From NCBI RefSeq assembly GCF_000973505.1, contig NZ_CP010048.1:570001-602000 (forward strand): a stretch of 32,000 nucleotides of DNA. The letters run 5' to 3'. A program made the translations under genes and the position numbers. The notes beneath the pieces were generated by a model. That model made no database searches. It worked only from the letters and a program-made list of their open reading frames with translations, and was not told the DNA's origin. Shown here in pieces: positions 19,655-30,772 of the stretch. Origin of the DNA: Candidatus Saccharimonadota bacterium. GTDB taxonomy: Bacteria > Pseudomonadota > Gammaproteobacteria > Enterobacterales > Enterobacteriaceae. Positions within the stretch are counted from its first letter, which is position 1, and each line of letters opens with the position of its first letter.

Positions 19655-21454
19655 TCACCCATCCATAAATCGAACACCAAAATCAGAACTAAGTAACTCA
19701 TTTACTATACAAATATTATGATTATTTCTAAAAAAATTAAACACATTATATGCCACGATATCCCCAATATTTCTAATAGCTAATAAAGAAATAATTTCCG
19801 CACTAATTAAACATTCAAGAGTGCCATAATGTTTTGCTAAAATATTTGCTGTGCATTCTCCAACATTAGGAATACCTAAAGCATATATAAAACGCGATAA
19901 AGTAGTTTTTTTTGAAATCTCAATCGCATGCAATAAACGATTAGCTAAATCAAATTTAACACCATCTACACTCACCAAATTTTCTATTTTTAATTTAAAA
20001 AAATCCACTTGGGTACTCAGCAAACCAACTTTAATCAATCGATCAATAATTTTATCCCCCATTCCAACAATATTCATCGCTTTACGAGATACAAAATGTT
20101 TTAAAATCTCCTTTCGCTGAGCAAAACAATTTAAGCCGGCATTACAACGTAAAATCACACGTTTCTTACAACAAATTTGATATAACACAGAACTACAAAC
20201 CGGACAATTCTCCGGGTACATTATTGGACGACATTCATGAAAAATACGCTTTGAAAACACCACATGTATAATTTTCGGAATAACATCACCTATTCTCTGT
20301 ATAATCACAAAATCACCAATCATTAGGTCAAGACGACGAATAAAATCAATATTATGTAAATTAACACTACGAATCACAACACCTGAAATTACAATTGGAA
20401 TAATAGACGCTACGGGTATTAGTACTCCCATTCGACTAACTTGAAACCGTATATCACAAATTCTAGCTACAAATCGCTTAGCAGAAAACTTATATCCTAT
20501 AGCCCATCGAGGAGCACGTAACGAAACACTCAAATTATTTTGTGAACAAATAGAATCTACCTTAATAACTATCCCATCTATATTAAATCCTAATAATTCA
20601 CGATCTTGTTGTACTTGTTTATAATATTGCAACACTGCATGAATACCCGTGCAGATTTGATTATACCTTCTCAATATAGGTAAACCCCAAATAGCACACT
20701 GTTGTAACCTGTTATAATGACTATCAGATAAACTCATTTTATCATCACTTAATACGACACTAACAAGATGATAACAAAAAAAATCTAAAGAACGTTCATG
20801 AGTAACAGAAGAATTTAACTGACGCAAAGAACCAGCAGCAGCATTTCTAGGATTTGAAAAAGTTTTAACTCCACTTTGTATAAATAATTTATTTAATTTA
20901 AGAAAAGCATCATTAGACATAAACACTTCCCCCCTGACTTCCAACAATTCAGGAAAAAATTTATCTTTTCTTAAAAATAACGGAATAGCACGAATAGTAC
21001 GTACATTATCAGTCACATCTTCTCCTATATGACCATCCCCACGAGTCGATGCAGATATCAATATACCGTTTTTGTATACTAAATGAACTCCTACCCCATC
21101 TATCTTTAATTCGCAACAATAACAAATCTCTTGATCATCTTTATATTGCAATCGCTTACGAACACGTTTATCAAAATTTAACAATGAAGATTCATCAAAA
21201 ATGCTATCTAACGATAGCATAGGTATAGTATGATGAAATTGACAAAAACCACTTTTTAATTTTCCTCCTATACGATTAGTAGGAGAATCTATAGTAATTA
21301 AATCAGGGTATTTCATTTCTAAAATACGAAGAGCTTCCATATGATAATCATATTCTTCATCAGATACTACTGAATCGTTTTCCACATAATATAAATACTC
21401 CCAATTACGTAAACGATCACGTAATACTTTAATAAAATTTTTAACATCATTCAT
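19655..21454 (-). CDS. ligA: NAD+-dependent DNA ligase LigA (599 aa; apparently lacks the C-terminal BRCT domain)
   Basis: The N-terminal Ia region (EYLYYVENDSVVSDEEYD) is present, as are the adenylation motif CELKIDG, the OB fold and the Cys4 zinc finger (CPVC...CNAGLNC). The HhH region runs to ...NELLSSDFGVRFMDG and is followed by the stop. Confidence 0.94.
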   Translation of the reverse strand: MNDVKNFIKVLRDRLRNWEYLYYVENDSVVSDEEYDYHMEALRILEMKYPDLITIDSPTNRIGGKLKSGFCQFHHTIPMLSLDSIFDESSLLNFDKRVRKRLQYKDDQEICYCCELKIDGVGVHLVYKNGILISASTRGDGHIGEDVTDNVRTIRAIPLFLRKDKFFPELLEVRGEVFMSNDAFLKLNKLFIQSGVKTFSNPRNAAAGSLRQLNSSVTHERSLDFFCYHLVSVVLSDDKMSLSDSHYNRLQQCAIWGLPILRRYNQICTGIHAVLQYYKQVQQDRELLGFNIDGIVIKVDSICSQNNLSVSLRAPRWAIGYKFSAKRFVARICDIRFQVSRMGVLIPVASIIPIVISGVVIRSVNLHNIDFIRRLDLMIGDFVIIQRIGDVIPKIIHVVFSKRIFHECRPIMYPENCPVCSSVLYQICCKKRVILRCNAGLNCFAQRKEILKHFVSRKAMNIVGMGDKIIDRLIKVGLLSTQVDFFKLKIENLVSVDGVKFDLANRLLHAIEISKKTTLSRFIYALGIPNVGECTANILAKHYGTLECLISAEIISLLAIRNIGDIVAYNVFNFFRNNHNICIVNELLSSDFGVRFMDG

Positions 21455-22313
21455 AGTATTTTTATTGTTAAAAAAACTGAAATACTAAACATATCAAGAA
21501 CATGTATGCTTTCATACTACAATATATATATAAAAACTACAATTATATAACAAAATGTGAAAGAATAACTGTCATGTATCTATAATATCAATATCTATAT
21601 ATTAGAATCTTGAATTCTAATAATTTTAAATAATTATCATAAAAAACTACTTCAATCAGAATATTCTATATTAACTAAAAAATGACCTAATTATTCATGT
21701 GATACGCAATAACACATTATGCAAAAAGATAATACATAATAAAACAAACATACATAAAATAATTACAACATAATAATATACCTGTATAATAACATATCCA
21801 ATATACAATATTATATATACTTCACTCACACAAAAAATAAAACGATAAATATCTTCAAATTGATGCAAACTTACTTAAACTTACACTAAATTACATTTAG
21901 TGCTAATATTACACTTACAATCAAACAACAAAATATTATATACTTTATATCATGATTATAATATGATAGGTACCGTACAATCAAATATATATTTCATATT
22001 CAACAATATATTTTATGCATTATAATTATATAAATTTATTACTAAAATTTAAACCACAAAAAACAAATTCATTAAACAGATTCATTATAGTATTATATTT
22101 TATATTTATAAATGTATTTACATATTTGACCATAATTCAATCATAATATTATAGAAAATTCTATTTTCTTAATAACAAAAAATTAACTATAACCACACAT
22201 ATTCCAACATCAATATTTAAAAAATATACTTTTATTACAATTACTAATTTAGAAATATTTAAAACAAAATAAAAACAATATATCTTTACAGAGACACTTA
22301 TTCAGGAGATTTT

Positions 22314-23282
22314 ATGAACAAAATTTACACAGATAACTCTATGACAATCGGTAATACCCCACTTGTGCGTTTGAATCACATAGGAAACGGCTATATCTTA
22401 GCAAAAATCGAATCTCGAAATCCTAGTTTTAGCGTTAAATGTCGTATTGGTGCTAACATGATATGGGACGCAGAAAAACGCAATATTCTACAAAAAAACA
22501 CACAAATCATTGAAGCAACCAGTGGAAATACAGGTATCGCTCTCGCTTTTGTAGCCGCAGCTCGACAATACAAACTAACTTTAACCATGCCAGATACCAT
22601 GAGTCAAGAAAGACAAATACTTCTAAAAGCATTGGGCGCTAATTTGATATTAACCGATGGGCGGCTAGGAATGACAGGAGCCATTAATAAAGCACAAGAC
22701 ATGATCGAAAAAAACAAAAATTATTTAATGTTAAAACAATTTAGTAACCCAGCTAACCCAAAAATTCATGAACAATCTACCGGCCCTGAAATATGGAAAG
22801 ATACAAACGGAGATATAGATATTTTTATTGCTGGAGTAGGAACAGGTGGTACTATTACTGGTGTTGGCCGATATTTCAAACATATTCAAAAAAAACATAT
22901 CACAATCGTAGCAGTTGAACCAAAAAACTCCCCAGTAATTACACAAACTCTAAATGGAGAAAAACTACAACCCGGACCACATAAAATACAAGGTATTGGA
23001 GCTGGATTCATCCCTGAAAATTTAGACCTAACCTTAATCGACAAGGTACTTACTGTAACTAATGAACAAGCTTTTCTAACAGCAAAAACACTAATGAAAA
23101 AAGAAGGAATAATATCTGGAATCTCTTCAGGTGCAGTAATAGCTGCCGCATTAGAATTACAAAAAAATAAAAATTATAACAATAAAAAAATAGTAGCTAT
23201 TCTTCCATCCTCTGGAGAACGATATCTTAGTACTGCATTATTCTCAGAGAGAATAACACATAATAAAACACATACTCTATAA
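22314..23282 (+). CDS. cysK: Cysteine synthase A / O-acetylserine sulfhydrylase (CysK)
   Basis: This 322-aa protein is collinear with E. coli CysK ([22 protein letters not shown]-Lys context [29 protein letters not shown]). AGGAG lies 5 nt upstream of the ATG. Confidence 0.96.
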   Translation: MNKIYTDNSMTIGNTPLVRLNHIGNGYILAKIESRNPSFSVKCRIGANMIWDAEKRNILQKNTQIIEATSGNTGIALAFVAAARQYKLTLTMPDTMSQERQILLKALGANLILTDGRLGMTGAINKAQDMIEKNKNYLMLKQFSNPANPKIHEQSTGPEIWKDTNGDIDIFIAGVGTGGTITGVGRYFKHIQKKHITIVAVEPKNSPVITQTLNGEKLQPGPHKIQGIGAGFIPENLDLTLIDKVLTVTNEQAFLTAKTLMKKEGIISGISSGAVIAAALELQKNKNYNNKKIVAILPSSGERYLSTALFSERITHNKTHTL

Positions 23283-23372
23283 ATAAAAATAAAATGTTAA
23301 TGCAATAACATACCAATAATTTTAAATTCAATAATACTTGTAAAAAATAAAACAACAATCACTACAACACTA

Positions 23373-23402
23373 TTGAATTAACTACATTATATATCATATA
23401 AT
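23373..23402 (+). promoter_or_regulatory. Candidate sigma70 promoter upstream of ptsH (TTGAAT-18 nt-TATAAT)
   Basis: TTGAAT is at 23373-23378 and TATAAT at 23397-23402, about 225 nt upstream of the ptsH ATG. The long leader and AT-rich context keep confidence low. Confidence 0.25.
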
Positions 23403-23628
23403 ACAATGTATCATTATACAAAACATCTTCATAAAGAACAACGATGACATAAGAACATACACCATTATTCAATAACAAAATTATTAATACACGAATGGTT
23501 TCGTTAAATTAACATTCTTACTAATAAATATTAACAAACAAACAAAATAATTGCATATGCATATATGATACCTACCAAAATATCATATTACATAATAATA
23601 CATATACATATACATAATGGAGAAAAAC

Positions 23629-23886
23629 ATGTATCAAAAAAAAATAATCATTAACACCCCTCACGGACTACACAGCAGACCAGCCGCCAAATTTGTTAAA
23701 GAAGCTAAAAATTTTACTTCAGAAATCACTATCATTTCTAACAACAAACAAGTAAGCGCCAAAAGCTTACTAAAACTACAAACACTAGGATTGACACAAG
23801 GCAGTACTATATTAATTCAAGCTAATGGAGAAGACGAAAAAGAAGCAATACAACATCTCACACAACTAATCGCAACACTAGAATAA
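23629..23886 (+). CDS. ptsH: Phosphocarrier protein HPr (PtsH)
   Basis: I trimmed the track ORF (23617..) to ATG 23629, giving 85 aa: [20 protein letters not shown], versus E. coli [20 protein letters not shown]. His15 and Ser46 are present. GGAG (23619-23622) lies 6 nt upstream of this ATG. Confidence 0.94.
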   Translation: MYQKKIIINTPHGLHSRPAAKFVKEAKNFTSEITIISNNKQVSAKSLLKLQTLGLTQGSTILIQANGEDEKEAIQHLTQLIATLE

Positions 23887-23951
23887 TAATATCAAACAAT
23901 GATAAAAAACTTAAACGAAGTACTTATTACACATTTAAATAAGGTGCAGTG

Positions 23952-25679
23952 ATGATTTCAGGTATTTTGGCGTCACCAGGAATTGCTTTTGGAAAAGCAT
24001 TGCTACTAAAAAAAAAGAACATTAATATTAACAAACATAAAATTACTGCCGAGCATGTTGCAACAGAAATTAATCGATTTTTTCATGGCCGTACAGAATC
24101 ATCTAAACAATTACAAGCAATTAAAAATATAACATGTAAAAAATTTGGTAAAGAAAAATCAGATATTTTTGAAGGTTACATTATGTTGTTAGAAGACCCT
24201 GAACTAGAACAAGATATCACCTCCTTCATTAAAGAAGATCTCTTACATGCAGAATATGCCGTATACATTGTTATTGAAAGCCATGCCCAAGAACTTGAAA
24301 AATTAAAAGATCAATATCTAAGAGAACGTGCAAACGACGTACGAGACATTGGAAATCGTTTATTACATAACATTCTCAATATACCTATTATTGATTTAAG
24401 CACAATTAACAATGAAGTAATATTAATAGCAACAGACCTCACACCATCAGAAACAGCCCAATTAAACACAAAAAAAATATTAGGATTTGCAACTGATATT
24501 GGAGGGCCAACCTCACATACTTCCATTATAGCTCGATCATTAGAAATCCCAGCAATAGTTGGCACAGGAAATATTACTCAAAAAGTATCTAATAATGACT
24601 TCATTATCATTGATGCACTTGATAATCATATTTATATAAATCCAATATCACATATTATTAATAAATTAACCCATTCAAAAAAACAATACTTCATCAAAAA
24701 AAAACAATTAATTAAACTGAAAAACCTTCCAGCAATCACACTTGACGGGCACAAAGTAGAAATCTCAGCTAATATAGGAACAACACAAGACATTACAAAT
24801 GCAAAACACAATGGAGCAGAAGGAATTGGTTTATATCGTACTGAGTTTTTATTTATGAACAGAAACTCATTGCCAAGCGAAGAAGAACAATTCCAAACTT
24901 ATAAAATAATCGCACAATCTATTACTTATGGAGGTATCATCATACGAATTATAGATATTGGAGGTGATAAAAACTTATCATACATGAATCTTCCTAAAGA
25001 AGACAATCCATTCCTTGGATGGCGGGCTATTAGAATACTACTTGACCGAAAAGAAATACTACATACTCAATTACGAGCTATCCTTAGAGCATCTGCATTC
25101 GGTAAATTACGAATTATGTATCCTATGATCATTTCCTTAGAAGAAATTCAAACATTAAAATCAGAATTAACATTTCTAAAAAAACAATTACAAAAAGAAA
25201 AACATATATTTGACCAAAAAATTGAAATTGGCATAATGATAGAAACACCTTCAGCAGCAATAATCGCAAATCACTTAGCAAAAGAAGTTGATTTTTTTAG
25301 TATCGGCACTAACGATTTAACACAATATACACTTGCCGTTGACAGAGGCAATAAACTCATCTCACATTTATACAATCCAATGTCACCATCTGTATTAAAA
25401 TTAATTAAAAATGTAATTGACGCATCGCATGCAGAGGGAAAATGGACAGGAATGTGCGGAGAAATGTCCAGCGATAAACATGCTACAGCATTATTATTAG
25501 GAATGGGATTAAATAAATTTAGTATGAGTGCATCATCTATCCCTAATATCAAAAATATTATTCGAAATATAAATTTTAAAGATGCAAAAATATTTGCTAA
25601 AAAAGCGTTAAATTATGGAACAACAAAAGAACTTGCTGATCTCATTCACAAATTTGAACAACAACACTACCCTGTATAA
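23952..25679 (+). CDS. ptsI: Phosphoenolpyruvate-protein phosphotransferase, PTS enzyme I (PtsI)
   Basis: This 575-aa protein runs from ATG 23952 ([20 protein letters not shown], identical to the E. coli N-terminus). The track start 23949 is a GTG one codon earlier. The His189 context [13 protein letters not shown] and GMCGE are present. AAGGTG lies at 23941-23946. Confidence 0.96.
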   Translation: MISGILASPGIAFGKALLLKKKNININKHKITAEHVATEINRFFHGRTESSKQLQAIKNITCKKFGKEKSDIFEGYIMLLEDPELEQDITSFIKEDLLHAEYAVYIVIESHAQELEKLKDQYLRERANDVRDIGNRLLHNILNIPIIDLSTINNEVILIATDLTPSETAQLNTKKILGFATDIGGPTSHTSIIARSLEIPAIVGTGNITQKVSNNDFIIIDALDNHIYINPISHIINKLTHSKKQYFIKKKQLIKLKNLPAITLDGHKVEISANIGTTQDITNAKHNGAEGIGLYRTEFLFMNRNSLPSEEEQFQTYKIIAQSITYGGIIIRIIDIGGDKNLSYMNLPKEDNPFLGWRAIRILLDRKEILHTQLRAILRASAFGKLRIMYPMIISLEEIQTLKSELTFLKKQLQKEKHIFDQKIEIGIMIETPSAAIIANHLAKEVDFFSIGTNDLTQYTLAVDRGNKLISHLYNPMSPSVLKLIKNVIDASHAEGKWTGMCGEMSSDKHATALLLGMGLNKFSMSASSIPNIKNIIRNINFKDAKIFAKKALNYGTTKELADLIHKFEQQHYPV

Positions 25680-25821
25680 TAAAACATATACAAAACAAAA
25701 AACAGAACAATACAATATCAGCAACAATAAATATATACTAACTATAATAATCAATAAAAATACAAAACAATGAACTCATATTATGATAACAATATTAATA
25801 ACAAAAAATCACTAAACACCT

Positions 25822-26895
25822 TTACAAGGCTTCTTCACCTACATATAATCGTGCATTTTGACCACTTAAGTAATAATACATCCCATACTCTGGAACAGAT
25901 TTAATGTCTCTAATACCAAAAATAACAGTCAACAAATTATTATGCCAACCAAGCGGCTGAACTCTTAACTGCCAATAATGCCCCCGCAAACTAATATCAA
26001 CAATTTGTATTGGCAACAAATAAAAACCATCACATGTCTTACTTATAAGCATCTCCCAAGGTCGCAAAAACAAATCCACTGCACCCTGATAATATAACTT
26101 TTTATTAAACAATAACGGCCAATGATACATACCGATACACAATTCAGTACCACGTATCTCACCATGTAAATGATTCACATCTCCAAAAAATTCTAAAACA
26201 AAACGGTTAGCTGGACATGACCAAACATCTCTAGGAGTACCTACTTGCTCGATCCTACCATGATTCATAACTACTATTCGACTGGCAACTTCCATAGCTT
26301 CATCTTGATCATGAGTAACAAAAATACTAGTAAACTCCATCGTATTGTGTAATTCCCGTAACCAACGACGTAACTCTTTACGAACCTGAGCATCTAATGC
26401 TGAAAATGGTTCATCCAAAAGTAAAATCTCAGGATCTAACGCCAATGCTCGAGCCAAAGCCACACGCTGTTTTTGACCACCAGATAATTGCACTGGATAA
26501 TAATCCGATAAATGTGTTAATTGAATGATATTCAATAAATAATTTACTTTATATTTAATCATGGATTCAGATGGTCGCTTACAACGAGGCAACATTCTAA
26601 TTCCGAAAGCAATATTTTCTAATACTGTCATATGACGAAACAATGCATAATTTTGAAAAACAAAACCTACATTTCTATCCTGGGGGGCAAGATGACCAAC
26701 ATCTTTACCTTTAAATCGTAAATATCCACTATTATGATACTCTAATCCTGCAATAATACGTAACAATGTCGTTTTTCCAGAACCAGATGGACCAAGAAGT
26801 GCTACCATTTCACCAGATTCAACATTTAAAGATACGTTATTTAATACTGTGACAGAATTAAAAAATTTACTAATATTATCAATTTCAATATTCAT
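25822..26895 (-). CDS. cysA: Sulfate/thiosulfate ABC transporter ATP-binding protein CysA
   Basis: This 357-aa protein has Walker A GPSGSGKTT, signature LSGGQKQR and Walker B LLLDEPFSALD, plus a C-terminal regulatory domain. It is the last gene of the cysP-U-W-A cluster. Confidence 0.94.
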   Translation of the reverse strand: MNIEIDNISKFFNSVTVLNNVSLNVESGEMVALLGPSGSGKTTLLRIIAGLEYHNSGYLRFKGKDVGHLAPQDRNVGFVFQNYALFRHMTVLENIAFGIRMLPRCKRPSESMIKYKVNYLLNIIQLTHLSDYYPVQLSGGQKQRVALARALALDPEILLLDEPFSALDAQVRKELRRWLRELHNTMEFTSIFVTHDQDEAMEVASRIVVMNHGRIEQVGTPRDVWSCPANRFVLEFFGDVNHLHGEIRGTELCIGMYHWPLLFNKKLYYQGAVDLFLRPWEMLISKTCDGFYLLPIQIVDISLRGHYWQLRVQPLGWHNNLLTVIFGIRDIKSVPEYGMYYYLSGQNARLYVGEEAL

Positions 26896-26933
26896 AATAA
26901 TTATATACCTGCATATATATCATCTTATATACC

Positions 26934-27773
26934 CTATTTTAAATATGCTTCTGTAAAATAATTACGGGCAATACATTTCACAAATAACGTAAATATAGCC
27001 ATACACCCTAACAATAAAGAAGCAACAAATGCACCTACAATATTATAATCTTGATACAATAACTCTACTTGTAATGATAAAGTATAAGTTTTGCCTCGTA
27101 TCAATCCAGACACAACAGATAATGCACCAAATTCTCCAATTATACGTGCATTTGAAAGAATCACACCATGCAATAATGACCACCGAATATTACGAAAAGT
27201 AACATACCAAAACATTTTCCAACCGGACGCTCCCAATAATACTGCCACTTCATCTTCCTCTTTACCAATACTAAACATAACAGGAACAATCTCATGTACA
27301 ATAATCGGAAATGTAACAAAAACAGTTACTAATACCATACCTGGCCATGCAAATAATATCTGTATATTACAACTATCTAACCAACCCCCTATTAATGTAT
27401 TATAACCATATAATAATAAATACAAAAATCCTGCTATTACAGGCGAGACAGCAACAGGCACATTAACTAATGTCAATAATAACTGTCGACCTCTAAAACT
27501 AAAGCGAGTAACTAACCAAGATAATAAAATACCAAACACTACATTTATTGGCAAACTTAGTAACGCAATAAACACAGTTAAAAAAATAGCATGCAACATA
27601 TCACAATCAAGCAAATTTTTTTTAAACACTAACAATCCTTCTGAAAAAGCAGTCACAAAAATAAAAACAAGGGGAATAAATAACATTAATGCCGAAATTA
27701 ATATACCAAAAGTAATTAAAATCCATTTCGTCCAATTAATTAAAAATATATAATTTTTAAAATTATTTAACAT
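26934..27773 (-). CDS. cysW: Sulfate/thiosulfate ABC transporter permease CysW
   Basis: This 279-aa polytopic membrane protein has an EAA-type loop (ARIIGEFGALSVVSG). Its ATG directly abuts the cysU stop (TAAATG on the minus strand). Confidence 0.92.
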   Translation of the reverse strand: MLNNFKNYIFLINWTKWILITFGILISALMLFIPLVFIFVTAFSEGLLVFKKNLLDCDMLHAIFLTVFIALLSLPINVVFGILLSWLVTRFSFRGRQLLLTLVNVPVAVSPVIAGFLYLLLYGYNTLIGGWLDSCNIQILFAWPGMVLVTVFVTFPIIVHEIVPVMFSIGKEEDEVAVLLGASGWKMFWYVTFRNIRWSLLHGVILSNARIIGEFGALSVVSGLIRGKTYTLSLQVELLYQDYNIVGAFVASLLLGCMAIFTLFVKCIARNYFTEAYLK

Positions 27774-28604
27774 TTAATTTCCCTTTAACCTTGATTCAAA
27801 ACGAAATTGCAAAAAATTAATTATAAAAAATAACAATAATGTTATTCCAAGAACAACAGAAGCAATAGCACTAGCAGCCGGATAATCAAATTCTTGTAAT
27901 TTAATAAATACTATTAAAGATAACACTTCACTTTCCCAAGCAATATTTCCAGCAATAAAAATTACAGCTCCGAATTCACCTAAACTACGAATAAAAGATA
28001 ATGCTATTCCTGATAATAATGCTGGAAATAATTCAGGAAAAATAATATTGCAAAAAATTTGCCAACGAGTAGCACCGAGAGTTTTTGCAACTTCTTCATA
28101 TACAGGAGGTAATTTCTCTAAAACAGGCTGTACAGTACGTATTACAAAAGGTAAACTAGTAAACGACATAGCAACAGCTATACCCAACCAAGTATAAGAC
28201 ACCTCTATACCAAATTGTATTAACACACTCCCATACCATCCCGTAGTAGAAAATAATGTTGCTAAAGTCAAACCTGCTACAGACGTTGGCAACGCAAACG
28301 GTAAATCTACTAAACCATCTAACAACATTTGACCAGGAAAACGATACCTGACTAATATCCAGGCAATTAACACACCAAAAAAAATATTAAATAACGTTGC
28401 TATTCCAGCAGATAAAAGAGTGATTTTATAAGACATAACTACAGACGGATCTGTAATTATATCCCAATATTGTAGCAAAGATATTTGAGATAATTGCATA
28501 ACGAAACCAGTTAAAGGTAATAACAATATTAAACAAACAAAAAACAAACTACTCCCAAAACTAATACCAAACCCAGGTAATATATGATGCTTTATAAATA
28601 ACAT
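27774..28604 (-). CDS. cysU: Sulfate/thiosulfate ABC transporter permease CysU (CysT)
   Basis: This 276-aa polytopic membrane protein has an EAA-type loop (IRSLGEFGAVIFIAGN). Its ATG directly abuts the cysP stop (TAAATG). Confidence 0.92.
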   Translation of the reverse strand: MLFIKHHILPGFGISFGSSLFFVCLILLLPLTGFVMQLSQISLLQYWDIITDPSVVMSYKITLLSAGIATLFNIFFGVLIAWILVRYRFPGQMLLDGLVDLPFALPTSVAGLTLATLFSTTGWYGSVLIQFGIEVSYTWLGIAVAMSFTSLPFVIRTVQPVLEKLPPVYEEVAKTLGATRWQIFCNIIFPELFPALLSGIALSFIRSLGEFGAVIFIAGNIAWESEVLSLIVFIKLQEFDYPAASAIASVVLGITLLLFFIINFLQFRFESRLKGN

Positions 28605-29648
28605 TTAACGATTATGCCTCATTGCCAGTAATTTATCTAATTCACCACCACGATTAAAATGAACACACATTACTGTATTCCAATCACTAAATTGATCTTC
28701 TACACGAAATAATTCAATATCCGGAAACCTATTAGAATATGCTTTCATGATTGACGGAACATGTACTCGATAATAAAAATCCGCAAAAATCTTCTGAGCT
28801 TCTTCAGTATACAAATACTGTAAATATGACTTAGCTATTGCCTCTGTTCCATGCTTACCAACATTAGCATCTATCCAAGTTACCGGAAATTCAACTAAAA
28901 TATTCTTTTCAGGTATAATAATCTCATAATTTTCACGACCATGCTGTTCACAAATAATATTTGCCTCAGCCTCAAAAGTAATCAATATATCCCCTCGTAA
29001 TTGATCTACAAAAGTAGCAGTTGCACTACGACTACCAATATCAAACACAAGAACATTATGAAGAAACTTAGACATCCACGAACGAATATCCTGATATTTT
29101 AAATTATTAACACGAGAAGAAATAACATTCCAGGCTGCTAAATAAACATAACGTCCACTACCAGACGTCTTTGGATTTGGAAAAACAATTTTGATATCTT
29201 CAGATGTTAAATTATCCCAATCATATATTTTTTTTGGATTGCCTTTCCGTACAACAAAAGCAATAGTTGAATAAAATGGCGAACTATTGTTTGGTAAACG
29301 AAATTGCCAATTGCATGGAATTAATTTACCACGATCATATAAAATATGTACATCGGTAACTTGATTATATGTCACAACATCTGCACGTAATCCTTGTAAA
29401 ACAGTCATAGCCTGTTTTGTCGACCCAGAATGGGATTGTTGTATAATAACATCATCATTAGGATGATCTGTTTTCCAGTACCGTATAAAAGATGAATTAA
29501 TTACCATAAATAATTCTCTTGCTGTGTCATACGAACTATTAAGCAAAACTATACTTCCTTGTACAGAAACAGATAGCATGAAAGATATATACAATAATAA
29601 TTTTAAAATTATTCTAAAATAACACACATTCAATATCATCTTGTCCAT
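28605..29648 (-). CDS. cysP: Periplasmic thiosulfate/sulfate-binding protein CysP
   Basis: This 347-aa protein has an N-terminal signal-like hydrophobic segment. It is then collinear with E. coli CysP (LLNSSYDTARELF, QSHSGSTKQA, VTYNQVTDV, NNSSPFYSTIAFVVRKGNPK, PNPKTSGSGRY, GGELDKLL). ATG 29639 is an alternative start. Confidence 0.93.
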   Translation of the reverse strand: MDKMILNVCYFRIILKLLLYISFMLSVSVQGSIVLLNSSYDTARELFMVINSSFIRYWKTDHPNDDVIIQQSHSGSTKQAMTVLQGLRADVVTYNQVTDVHILYDRGKLIPCNWQFRLPNNSSPFYSTIAFVVRKGNPKKIYDWDNLTSEDIKIVFPNPKTSGSGRYVYLAAWNVISSRVNNLKYQDIRSWMSKFLHNVLVFDIGSRSATATFVDQLRGDILITFEAEANIICEQHGRENYEIIIPEKNILVEFPVTWIDANVGKHGTEAIAKSYLQYLYTEEAQKIFADFYYRVHVPSIMKAYSNRFPDIELFRVEDQFSDWNTVMCVHFNRGGELDKLLAMRHNR

Positions 29649-30743
29649 ATATATTATTCTCTAACAATAATCTTGATTTTAAAAATTATCAATTTATAAC
29701 CTATAAATGATACAAATATTAATGTAAATGAAAATTATTATCTCTTTCTAAACAAAAAAGAAAATTAAACTACTTAAAAAAATAAATAAATTTACATTTT
29801 AATTTTAGATAATCTAAAGATAAATATTCACCACTATTTTCAATTTATAAATCTCTTTTATTAAAAAAACAAACCAAATATTAAAAAATCATAATTATAA
29901 ATTTTATAAATCATTAAACTTTAACACCAAAACACTATTATCATTATAATAATAGCAATAAATATAATTTAACATAATATGTATCATTATTAATAAATAT
30001 CTAAAAATATGGATATAAATATCATTAATTTAATTACACACACAATTAAAATTGCAGTAAAAAAATATCAACATATACTAAAACACACTATTTTTCTTGT
30101 ATCAATTCTATAAAATCAAAATAAATTATATTTAAATATTATAACAATTCATTATACCATTAAATCAATAAAAAATTCATAAAAATCACATAATGAAAAT
30201 ATACTAATAAAAGAATAAATTAAAACAAACTAAACAATAAATATTCCTTAGATCAAGGATCAATATTCTTAATTAACATATTAATTTAAAAATCTTACAA
30301 AATATATACAAACTTTATTTATAAATATGATATATAATCAAAAAATTAGATTAATAAACTAATACCAATATAAATTACAGATTTACCTATAAACTAAGCA
30401 TTACTTAATTTAATATATATAATGAACATGTAAATGCAATATTTATATTTTATGAATATTCATATTATATTTATTATATTAATTCAAGGAACTATAATTA
30501 TTCATAATTAATATTAATAAATCAGCGTTACATTATGAAAAAACAATTTTAAAATACTACCCTTTGAAATTCATTCAATATATAAAACTTAACCAAATAG
30601 ATATTCATCTAATAATTTTTAAAATTAATATAAATACAATCATAATATTAATAATAATTATGATATTATTATTTATTAATTAAAAATATGATTTCATAAC
30701 CATCACGATAATAATATAAAATTATAAATTAAGTTATATCTTG

Positions 30744-30772
30744 TTTACATTTATGCACATTATCTGTATAAT
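30744..30772 (+). promoter_or_regulatory. Candidate sigma70 promoter for tal-tkt (TTTACA-17 nt-TATAAT)
   Basis: TTTACA is at 30744-30749 and TATAAT at 30767-30772, with exact 17-nt spacing. It lies about 150 nt upstream of the tal ATG. Confidence 0.4.

Noticed and set aside
21600-21622. A 9-bp inverted repeat TATTAGAAT-cttga-ATTCTAATA upstream of ligA, considered as a possible operator or terminator.
   Set aside because: A rough estimate for this base composition predicts about one such 9-bp inverted repeat with a short loop by chance in an 860-nt spacer. It has no flanking U-tract or promoter context.
23552-23561. The 10-bp palindrome TGCATATGCA upstream of ptsH, considered as a possible CRP-like site.
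   Set aside because: It is too short to be significant, and it does not resemble the CRP half-sites TGTGA/TCACA.
30009-30113. A 34-codon ORF (MDINIINLITHTIKIAVKKYQHILKHTIFLVSIL) in the cysP-tal spacer, considered as a possible small protein.
   Set aside because: It has no Shine-Dalgarno sequence, its composition simply mirrors AT-rich DNA, and its length is within chance expectation. Nothing supports expression.
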